64,000 nt of DNA, taken from contig CAVUUR010000002.1 in NCBI GenBank assembly GCA_963744715.1, forward strand, positions 65,665 through 129,664, read 5' to 3'. The stretch comes from an uncultured bacterium. Lineage in GTDB: Bacteria; Babelota; Babeliae; Babelales; JACPOV01. Below, one piece after another: positions 10,374-18,898 of this stretch. The notes beneath the pieces are model-generated. The model searched no databases. It was given only the letters and a program-made list of their open reading frames with translations, and was not told where the DNA came from. Position numbers and translations under genes: made by a program. Each line of letters opens with the position of its first letter. The stretch's first letter is position 1.

Positions 10374-11490
10374 ATTTGAACTTATTCACCAATCACGCAT
10401 CTCACGCGCACGTGTCGGCAAAATACATACTCCTCACGGTATTATTGATACGCCCAATTTTGTTGCCGTTGGCACTAACGGTGTTTTAAAAGCCATTGAT
10501 ATGGCAACGCAACATAATCTTGATCTACAATTAATGTTTTGCAATACCTATCATCTTATGGTGCAACCAGGAATACCAACGATTAAAAAAGCGGGTGGAT
10601 TGCATCATTTCATGAATAGAACCAAACCACTTATTACCGATTCTGGCGGCTTTCAAGTATTTAGTCTTGCATACGGCACGGTAAAAGATGAATTGAAAAG
10701 CAAGGGACAAAAAAAATACACCAATGCGGTTATCAAAATAAATGAAGAAGGTGTTTTATTCCGTTCGTATCGTGATGGCACGCCACTTCTACTAACACCA
10801 GAATCATCGGTGCAAGCACAGAAAGATCTTGGTGCCGATATTATTATTCCGTTTGATGAATTACCGCCGTATCATATTGAGCCGAGCGCCTTGATTAAAT
10901 CTCTTGAGCGCACGCATCGGTGGGAAAAGCGCTCACTTGATGAACACAAAAAAAATCAAAACAATCAGGCAATGTATTCCGTCATTCATGGCGGCATTGA
11001 TCCTGAGTTACGTAAAAAAAGTGCTCTCTATTTAACATCACTTGATTTTGATGGTTATGCGATTGGGGGCAGTTTAGGAAAACATAGAGATGAAATGATT
11101 GCTATGCTGACTATGATGATGCCGTTGTTGCCGCCAGAAAAACCTACACACTTGCTGGGTATTGGTGATTTGCCATCAATTGAACCGGGCATTGCACTCG
11201 GTATCGATACCTTTGATAGTTCACACCCAACCCGTTGTGCGCGCCACGGTTTATTATTTACTACACAAGGTATGATAAAAATTTCACAACATCAATATAA
11301 AGATAAATTTGCTCCGCTCGATCCTCACTGCACCTGCAGCGTTTGCCAACATTATACGGCGGCGTACTTGCATCATTTATTTAAAGCGCATGAAATTACG
11401 GCACTTACGTTAGCAACTATTCATAACCTTCATTTTATGGTTACCTTAATGCAAAACTATAGGCAAAATATTTTGGAAGATAAACTATAA
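10360..11490 (+). CDS. tgt: tRNA-guanine transglycosylase
   Basis: TPNFVAVGT and DSGGFQ motifs, and zinc site CTCSVCQHYTAAYLHHL. Confidence 0.9.
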   Translation: MNMFRFELIHQSRISRARVGKIHTPHGIIDTPNFVAVGTNGVLKAIDMATQHNLDLQLMFCNTYHLMVQPGIPTIKKAGGLHHFMNRTKPLITDSGGFQVFSLAYGTVKDELKSKGQKKYTNAVIKINEEGVLFRSYRDGTPLLLTPESSVQAQKDLGADIIIPFDELPPYHIEPSALIKSLERTHRWEKRSLDEHKKNQNNQAMYSVIHGGIDPELRKKSALYLTSLDFDGYAIGGSLGKHRDEMIAMLTMMMPLLPPEKPTHLLGIGDLPSIEPGIALGIDTFDSSHPTRCARHGLLFTTQGMIKISQHQYKDKFAPLDPHCTCSVCQHYTAAYLHHLFKAHEITALTLATIHNLHFMVTLMQNYRQNILEDKL

Positions 11491-12248
11491 TGCAAATCAA
11501 AGAAATTAATTCAGTTCATAATCCAACGATCAAACAAGTCGCCATGTTGCATACGGCACAAGGCCGCGCGCAATACCAGCAATACATCGCTGAAGGGACA
11601 CGCATATGCGGCACTATCATTAATTCTGGCCAAAAACTACTGCAAGCATATTGCACTGCCGCAATGCTCGATGAATGTTTAACGTTGTGTGATAGTTCAT
11701 TGATTACTATCGTCACTGACGCGGTTATCAAAAAGATAAGCACGATGACAACACCAAGTGGTATCGTTTGTGTATTTGCAATACCCCAACAGCCCAACCC
11801 TGAACAGTTGCAAAGCGGTTTAGTGCTTGCACAAATCGCTGATCCAGGCAACATGGGAACGTTAATTCGTTCTTGTGCTGCATTTGGCAAAAAAAGTGTA
11901 GCTGTTATTGAAGGTGTTGATCCATTCTCTCCCAAAGTAATACAAGCCAGTGCTGGCACTATTGCTCACGTTAATTTGTTTCTATGGTCATGGAAACAAT
12001 TGCAACAGTATAAAAAAACATTGCAATTGTGTGGCCTGACCGCACGAGGAGGGACTACTGAATTTAATGTTATCGGAGAAGATGCGTTACTTGTTGTGGG
12101 TAATGAAGCTCATGGCATTCCACAAGCATGGCAAAATGAATGTGATGTATTAGTAACGTTACCAATGCCTGGTAACACGGAAAGTTTAAATGCAGCCATC
12201 GCCGGCTCCATTGCTATGTATCATGCATGGGTTTATACAAAAGAATAA
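11490..12248 (+). CDS. TrmH/SpoU family RNA 2'-O-methyltransferase
   Basis: GNEAHGI and SLNAAIAGSIAMY SpoU motifs. TAATG overlap with tgt. Confidence 0.8.
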   Translation: MQIKEINSVHNPTIKQVAMLHTAQGRAQYQQYIAEGTRICGTIINSGQKLLQAYCTAAMLDECLTLCDSSLITIVTDAVIKKISTMTTPSGIVCVFAIPQQPNPEQLQSGLVLAQIADPGNMGTLIRSCAAFGKKSVAVIEGVDPFSPKVIQASAGTIAHVNLFLWSWKQLQQYKKTLQLCGLTARGGTTEFNVIGEDALLVVGNEAHGIPQAWQNECDVLVTLPMPGNTESLNAAIAGSIAMYHAWVYTKE

Positions 12249-12366
12249 TGTTCATACTTCCTAAGCCTTGGAGGCAAAACGTTACCATAAAAAAAACGTA
12301 ATAGTTACTTGGAACTATTTTCGAAAGCCCATTATTCGATCAAGAGTAGACCCCAAGGGATTAATA

Positions 12367-13026
12367 TTAGGATTTTTTAGCCGTGAGGCTATAAGCAAAC
12401 ACTGCGATCGCGCCTATTTCAAGCGTTGGTGTTATTATACCCCAACGACTTATTGGATGCATTAGTATATCAGATAGCTTATCGGTATGCTGTTCTGATA
12501 AGCCACAGCATCGTACTATGCTATAGCCATCACAAGGGTTCACAGGTAATAATTGTACAGCATGGTACATTACTAAGTGTGATGCTACTAGCCTAATCCA
12601 GTCACTATTTGTATAGCGCGCAATGAGCAGCGATGTAGTAATACCGATTAATGGTCCAGATAAAGAAACAAGAGCATGTTTTTTTGTATACCGTTTGTCA
12701 GATGGAACTACGTTATGAGCGCGCCCTTCCCATATATTGTAATCATTTATGGTAAAATACTTACTTTTAAACAAAGGCTTTTTAACATTTTCACTACCAA
12801 GTTCAATGTTTATTGGACTACCAAACAATGCGTATGCTGTTGTCGCATGCGCCAATTCGTGCGCTACGGTACAGGCTGCTATCGTTGCGCCAGCGCCAGC
12901 AAGGCCAAAACCAACCTTTGCACCAAGGCTTATTAACGGGTGTACGCTAGAGCCAGTATCCATAGATCTAACCTGTTGCGCAGGTATAAGGGCGCATAAT
13001 GTGGTAAATAACAGTAATTTTTTCAT
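12367..13026 (-). CDS. Small site-2-protease (M50)-like zinc metalloprotease, paralogue A
   Basis: Signal-like N-terminus, HELAHA (HExxH), LSGPLIGI and LLPVNPCDGYSIV (S2P-like NxxPxxxxDG). Confidence 0.5.
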   Translation of the reverse strand: MKKLLLFTTLCALIPAQQVRSMDTGSSVHPLISLGAKVGFGLAGAGATIAACTVAHELAHATTAYALFGSPINIELGSENVKKPLFKSKYFTINDYNIWEGRAHNVVPSDKRYTKKHALVSLSGPLIGITTSLLIARYTNSDWIRLVASHLVMYHAVQLLPVNPCDGYSIVRCCGLSEQHTDKLSDILMHPISRWGIITPTLEIGAIAVFAYSLTAKKS

Positions 13027-13131
13027 AATGAATCCATTTTTTGTATATTTTTTACACTTTAAAACATCAATTATCTATTATTAAGTTTATAGTAATATTA
13101 CAATTTGTCACTACCGATACCCAGTAATACC

Positions 13132-13202
13132 GAAAGTTTAAATGCAGCCATCGCCAGCTCCATTGCTATGTATCACGCATGGGTTTATACAAAAGAATAA
13201 TG
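13132..13202 (+). repeat. Non-coding relic copy of the 3' end of the SpoU methyltransferase gene (duplicate of 12180-12250)
   Basis: 71 nt aligned by eye with only 2 mismatches to 12180-12250. A weaker match extends ~12 nt upstream. Confidence 0.85.
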
Positions 13203-13203
13203 C

Positions 13204-13836
13204 TTATAAAAGGTTATTATATTTGAGCAATGCCACCATAGCTCCTGCGGTTACCGTCCGACTTACTGGATTGCTGAACGTATCAGATATATTATCGGCA
13301 TAGCTGTCTGATAAACCACAATCTCGTAACATGTCATAGCCATCAGTACCCTTAATAGGTAATAATTGAAAACAATCATTAGTTGCTGAAAAGAATGCTG
13401 CTAGTTTAACAAATTTGTTATCTGAATATTGCGCAATGAGCAATGATGCTGCAATACCGGTTAAGGGTCCGGCTAAATCAACTAAAAGCATCTTTTTTGT
13501 AGTATATTCTTCAGGAATATCATAAAAAGCACGCCCTATAAATATATTACAATCATTTATGGTAAAATATTTACTACTAAATAACGGTTTTTCAACATCT
13601 TCAGTTCCGATATGAATATTTATTGGAAAACCCAACACTGCGGATCCTGCTGTCGCATGACCTAATTCATGTGCTACCGTACAAGCTGCTATTGTTGCGC
13701 CGGCACCAGCAAGTCCAAATCCTACCGTTGCACCAAGAGTTAGTAACGGTTGCACACTAAAGCCACTATCCATAGACAATACATGTTGGGCAGGAATAAG
13801 AATGCATAGTGCAGTAAATAACAGTAATTTTTTCAT
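13204..13836 (-). CDS. Small site-2-protease (M50)-like zinc metalloprotease, paralogue B
   Basis: HELGHA, LAGPLTGI and LLPIKGTDGYDML motifs. Collinear with 12367..13026. The upstream promoter region is also duplicated. Confidence 0.5.
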   Translation of the reverse strand: MKKLLLFTALCILIPAQHVLSMDSGFSVQPLLTLGATVGFGLAGAGATIAACTVAHELGHATAGSAVLGFPINIHIGTEDVEKPLFSSKYFTINDCNIFIGRAFYDIPEEYTTKKMLLVDLAGPLTGIAASLLIAQYSDNKFVKLAAFFSATNDCFQLLPIKGTDGYDMLRDCGLSDSYADNISDTFSNPVSRTVTAGAMVALLKYNNLL

Positions 13837-13994
13837 AACAAATCCATTTTTTGTATATTTTTACCCATTTAGATATCGATTAATATACTATTAATTTTAT
13901 AGCAATATTACAAATTGTCAATAGATAAAACTGGCTAATTTGTATTAAATTTAGCCTATACTTAAATAAGGATGTACAATAAAAACAAGTATTT

Positions 13995-15608
13995 TTACCA
14001 GACGGTTTTGATCAATTCAGTTACTGAGTTAGCAGCATAAACACCAGACCAAAATGGTTCCCATTCCTGTTTATTAGAAAAAAACATAGCAATAAATCCG
14101 CCTATAATTAGGCCCAATGAATAGGCCAATGGCATAAGCAATCCGCCCAAAACCAGCATAGGATTCACTTTTATTTTTTTTAACACTAAGCCAAAAATGG
14201 CCCCTAAAAAAAGAACCCCGAAATTAAAATGCGTAGCATTAATTAGTAACGCCCGTGCTTGCGCTCGCTGCGCAAAAAGATGTTCTGACCCGAGCCCAAA
14301 ATGATGAATAAATAACCAAAAAATAATACCTATACACAGTGAACTTACCAACAACCCTAATAATTGATAATTTCGCACTTGTTGGCGATTTAAGTTTCCA
14401 AGGAAACCCATTTTACGTCCAAATAACATGTCGGTTGCAACGCCCCCACAAATTTCAACAAAGGTTGCAGTAAGCGTTAATTTAACCACATCAATACCAA
14501 ATAATATCATTGCCGGTGCCATAACAAAGGTAGCAAAACGCCCTAACTGTGCCATACCAATTTTGCCGGCAATAATTATAATTTGATAGGTGCAAATAAT
14601 GGTACCAATAATAAGATATAGTTGATTAAGTATAGAAAATTTAAAATATAATAAAAAACCGATAATGATGCTGGCTATAATTATTAATTGATATGTATTC
14701 ACCGCACGATGATAGTGCGCAAAGGTAGTATAATATTCTGCCGCATTGCTACGCTTTAATTTTTTGGAAAAATTATTAACAAATAATGGGAAATCAAAAA
14801 AACTTTGCAATGCACCTATTACCACCATCCCGCTACAAAACGCTAAAATAAAATCCATTTCGTGTATGTATGAAAAAAAAATTCTATTGAGCGGATCAAC
14901 CATAATAATTTTAGCAAGAGAACCTACTGCCAAAGGAATGGCGATAACATGTCCTGTAATAAATCCAATGGCTAATAACATAGGAAATATATCCATGCGC
15001 AGTTGTATGGTTGGTATAGTAATCGGTCCCCAGGTTATAGTTTTTATTATGGTTATCACACGGGGTATTATCTGACCAATAAAGCGATGTGCGCTTTGAA
15101 AAATACTAAAAAAAATAGTCGTTAGAAAACCAAGTAATAGTTGCCAAACTTTAGGACCTTGGTTTTGTACTGCTATCATTTCATACGTAACTTGCCCTAT
15201 AGGAAAAGACATTTGTTCTTCTTCTATACATTTTTTTTCTAACATATTAGCAATAATAAACCCTAATCCTCCCGCTGCAATGCTTAAAAAAAACATAATT
15301 AAACAAAAATACCAAGGTTGGGCCATCCATGCTAAAAAAAGAGTTGGATCTAAAAAATAAAGCGTAGGAAATGAAAAGGCTAATGCCGTGGCAAGAATAC
15401 CCCCTACCGAAGAACCCGCCGTTGCCAAGGCTATCATCGTAAGCTTATTAGCGTTATCCGCGGGAAGTAAACGAATTAAACAGGTGCTCATTAATACTAA
15501 GGTTGGGGCAATCCATGGGCCTATGGGCGTAGCGAGGGCTACGTAGCTCATTACTCCTGTTGAGAACAGTGATAAGATACAAACAATAACAATAAGTACT
15601 AAGGTCAT
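13995..15608 (-). CDS. Polytopic membrane transporter, OPT (oligopeptide transporter) family-like
   Basis: 537 aa, many TM helices, SFPIGQVTYEMI resembles the OPT FPxG motif. Confidence 0.45.
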   Translation of the reverse strand: MTLVLIVIVCILSLFSTGVMSYVALATPIGPWIAPTLVLMSTCLIRLLPADNANKLTMIALATAGSSVGGILATALAFSFPTLYFLDPTLFLAWMAQPWYFCLIMFFLSIAAGGLGFIIANMLEKKCIEEEQMSFPIGQVTYEMIAVQNQGPKVWQLLLGFLTTIFFSIFQSAHRFIGQIIPRVITIIKTITWGPITIPTIQLRMDIFPMLLAIGFITGHVIAIPLAVGSLAKIIMVDPLNRIFFSYIHEMDFILAFCSGMVVIGALQSFFDFPLFVNNFSKKLKRSNAAEYYTTFAHYHRAVNTYQLIIIASIIIGFLLYFKFSILNQLYLIIGTIICTYQIIIIAGKIGMAQLGRFATFVMAPAMILFGIDVVKLTLTATFVEICGGVATDMLFGRKMGFLGNLNRQQVRNYQLLGLLVSSLCIGIIFWLFIHHFGLGSEHLFAQRAQARALLINATHFNFGVLFLGAIFGLVLKKIKVNPMLVLGGLLMPLAYSLGLIIGGFIAMFFSNKQEWEPFWSGVYAANSVTELIKTVW

Positions 15609-15800
15609 GAGGGTCCTTTATAATCAAACATTTAGCTTCAGATAATGTATGAATTAAATCATATTAAAGCTCAAATAAACTCGGCAATCTGACAAAACCA
15701 CCATGAGCTGATCTATACGTGTTGATCGTTATATTATATACTTATTATAAAATGATCGTTCTTATTTGTCTTTATACATATTTTATTATTTAAGGTAATA

Positions 15801-16700
15801 ATGGTTTTGATTGTCATATTATACGCACTTCTTGGAGGAACTTTTTCATTAGGAAAAGTTCTCGTTGCCTATGCTCAACCATTTTTTTTAGTGGGAATAA
15901 GAATGTTCACCGCAGGCTTATTACTTCTTATATACCAATATCTACAACGTGATGCAACCTTTAAATTTGAAAAAAAACATTGGTCTTTATATCTCCAAGT
16001 TATATTATTTACTATTTATTTTCCTTATTTTTTACGATTTTGGGGAATGCGTTACATGCCTTCTTCTAAAGCATCCTTGTTATATAGTTTGTCGCCATTC
16101 TTTTCTTACTTTTTTTCCTACATTTTCTGCCAAGAAAAAATAACGGCACAGAAAATTATTGGTTTACTCATTGGTTTTTTTGGTTTTTTACCATTTCTAT
16201 CTTCATCGAATACCTCTAACTTTCATTATGGAATATCCTGGCCAGAAGTTGCTATCATACTTTCCGTATCATCGATGAGTTATGGTTGGATTATCGTCAG
16301 AAAACTTATGAAGGAAAATAATTATGCACCAGGAATGATCAACGGCATCAGTATGACCTGTGGTGGATTACTTGCTCTGGTTACTTCATTGCTTCTTGAA
16401 TCGCATACGGCAATTGACGATCCAACAATCTTTTTTAGCATCCTGGCAATTATTATTTTGATCAGCAATCTTATATGCCATAATCTCTACGCTAATTTAT
16501 TAAAAGAATATAGCCCAACCTTTTTAGCATTTGCTGGATTTCTCACACCGTTGTTTACCGCATTTTACGGATGGTTTTTTCTGCACGAAGTAATTTCTTG
16601 GTCTTTTCTAACGTCCTGTTTATGTATTTTTGTCGGATTAACCATTTTTTACCAGGACGAATTAAAACAAAAAATAATCGTGGCATCAAATCCAACGTAA
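15801..16700 (+). CDS. DMT superfamily (EamA-like) transporter
   Basis: 299 aa, about 10 TM helices in two repeated halves. Confidence 0.65.
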   Translation: MVLIVILYALLGGTFSLGKVLVAYAQPFFLVGIRMFTAGLLLLIYQYLQRDATFKFEKKHWSLYLQVILFTIYFPYFLRFWGMRYMPSSKASLLYSLSPFFSYFFSYIFCQEKITAQKIIGLLIGFFGFLPFLSSSNTSNFHYGISWPEVAIILSVSSMSYGWIIVRKLMKENNYAPGMINGISMTCGGLLALVTSLLLESHTAIDDPTIFFSILAIIILISNLICHNLYANLLKEYSPTFLAFAGFLTPLFTAFYGWFFLHEVISWSFLTSCLCIFVGLTIFYQDELKQKIIVASNPT

Positions 16701-16795
16701 TAAAAATTATTTCTCATCAACTCCTGTCTTAACTCCCGATTTCCACCACTCTGATGGCTCGCTCGTTTCTACATGTTTCAATTTCTTCCTAATGG

Positions 16796-18886
16796 TTACC
16801 ACATCACTAATCTCTTTTGCCAGTCGCTCTTAACCTTTGGTGGCCGAACAATTGGTACTCGTTCACCACGTTCACTGACAGGACGCAATTGCGGTCCTGA
16901 TTTAACTTTAGCAAGTAATTCTTGTTGTAAGGCACCTAGCTGAAACGCATGTTCTTCTTTTTCTAACGCAAGTCTAAATTGTTGCGCTTTATATAACATG
17001 TCTTTATCTTTTTTTGATGTTTCTGGACTCTTTAACCGCTTTTCTATTTCTTCCAAAGGAAGTCCCGGTAGCAACGAATCAACGTAACTCGCAACGTTTT
17101 CTGGTCTTTCAGCTGCCTGCACTAACTCTACCTTTGGATGCATGCCCTCTTTAATAATCACTAACATGCTACGATCTAATTCTAACAAATACGCACTTTC
17201 ATTTATTCTGTCCATAATACTAAGTATTACCGCAGCAGTTTCAAATGGCACTTCTTCGTTAGGATTGACCCTCAACGCTGCATCCGCTGCATCATTGACA
17301 TTCTTTAATAATTGATTGTAAGCATCGTATATTGCTTGACGAGCATCTAAGCTCTCTTCAGAAACAGCCGCTGCATCAATAATATCGTTCCAATTACTAA
17401 CTCCCTCAATTAATTTTTGATATTCCTTAAGAAGTACAGGATTGAAAATATTTTTTCCTACCTCAATATTTTTAATTGAGGTTGCAAGATTTGTTTTAAT
17501 ATTATCAGCGATTCCTTTTGCTAACGGCGGCTGCACTCCTATTTCTTGTGCCGTTGGGGCCCTTCCTTCTCGGGCTACAAAGTTGTTAAAATATCTTTGA
17601 TACGTATCTTCTACTTCTTGATTTTTAGGAACAAGCTCCATCCAACGGGCTACGAGTACAAGTCTATCTGCCGGTGGAATTTCAAAATTATTGACCGCAC
17701 TACGAATACCATCATTTAAGGTTTTATATGAATTAAGAATAACATTCGCTACTAATGCTTGATTAGTAGGATCAGTAATTTTTGCAACGTCAACCCGTTC
17801 TAGTGATGCGAGATCACGCATAAAAGTTTTATATTCATCAGTCGCAATAAAATTCAACGGATCTTTCTTGACCATATCAGAAACATCATTAAATCCAGTT
17901 CCGACATCTCCTGCCAACTGTTGAATATCTTCAATGTTTGTTGGCGTTTTTTGAGCAATGCCAGCCCGCTCTTCCAATGCTCTTCTACCCAAAAGCGAAA
18001 TTCCTAATGCTTCCAACGTTGCATCGATTACTTTGTTAATGGCGTCACGAATTTTTTGATCTACTTTTCGATCTGACAATTCTTTATCCAATCCAATAAG
18101 ATCGACAACTAATTGCTCCATTTCCTGCCGTAGTGTAGATCGAACGGCTTCACTTACCGTGCCTTTAGTTAACGCATCTTTATAATCTTGCAATGCTGCA
18201 AAGTGTGCACTTATTTTGTCGTTCAAGTTATCAAGAACTTTGGCTAACTCTTTGTTGTTACGTGCTCGTTCTAATAAACCTTGTTTGCCAAATTCAGTAT
18301 ATAATTTTGCTAATTGCTGCCGAATTTCAATAACTTTATTAACGTCACCAGTCCAGGTATTAAATGGAATTTGAATATTGGTTTTTATCCATATACGAAC
18401 CTGATTTAAAAAACGTTGCAAACCGGAAGGAAGTTCTTCTACCGGCTCCAGTAACTTACCGAGCGATGCGGTATATTGTTTGACTAAATCATTCTGCGAT
18501 AATTCTTTTTGCCGCACTTCCCAATCTTTTTTCACAACCTCTGCCTGAGCAATTTCTCGCATTTCAAACTCCTGCTTGATGCGTAATTCTTCCATCTTCT
18601 TAGCATCTGGTTTTGGGAGTTTATTTTCTTTATTTAAGTCATCGATCGTTTTCTTTAAATCTTCTTTACGTGTTTCCCGTTCCTTTTCAGCCTTGTTTCG
18701 TTCAGCTTCAGCGTCATCCCACGCTTTTTTTGCTTCTTGCTCATCTTTTGGCGCTTCATATTTTTCAGGTTTTTTTAATTCAATACCAATCAACCCAGTA
18801 ACTGAAATAGTGCAAAAAAATAAGGTACTTACGATTAATTTATGTTCATTATTTCTCCTATAATCAAATATCATATTTTTTTGCAC
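16796..18886 (-). CDS. Secreted/anchored coiled-coil protein, paralogue 1 (unknown function)
   Basis: 696-aa ORF (GTG at 18886; ATG at 18874 possible). N-terminal TM LIVSTLFFCTISVTGLIGI and Lys/Glu-rich coiled coil. Collinear with 18899..20947. Confidence 0.7.
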   Translation of the reverse strand: MQKNMIFDYRRNNEHKLIVSTLFFCTISVTGLIGIELKKPEKYEAPKDEQEAKKAWDDAEAERNKAEKERETRKEDLKKTIDDLNKENKLPKPDAKKMEELRIKQEFEMREIAQAEVVKKDWEVRQKELSQNDLVKQYTASLGKLLEPVEELPSGLQRFLNQVRIWIKTNIQIPFNTWTGDVNKVIEIRQQLAKLYTEFGKQGLLERARNNKELAKVLDNLNDKISAHFAALQDYKDALTKGTVSEAVRSTLRQEMEQLVVDLIGLDKELSDRKVDQKIRDAINKVIDATLEALGISLLGRRALEERAGIAQKTPTNIEDIQQLAGDVGTGFNDVSDMVKKDPLNFIATDEYKTFMRDLASLERVDVAKITDPTNQALVANVILNSYKTLNDGIRSAVNNFEIPPADRLVLVARWMELVPKNQEVEDTYQRYFNNFVAREGRAPTAQEIGVQPPLAKGIADNIKTNLATSIKNIEVGKNIFNPVLLKEYQKLIEGVSNWNDIIDAAAVSEESLDARQAIYDAYNQLLKNVNDAADAALRVNPNEEVPFETAAVILSIMDRINESAYLLELDRSMLVIIKEGMHPKVELVQAAERPENVASYVDSLLPGLPLEEIEKRLKSPETSKKDKDMLYKAQQFRLALEKEEHAFQLGALQQELLAKVKSGPQLRPVSERGERVPIVRPPKVKSDWQKRLVMW

Positions 18887-18898
18887 TACTATAATTTA

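Noticed and set aside
11516-11959. 147-aa ORF antisense to the SpoU methyltransferase gene
   Set aside because: The sense strand carries clear SpoU motifs. The antisense product is Cys/Pro-rich with no features, a typical shadow ORF.
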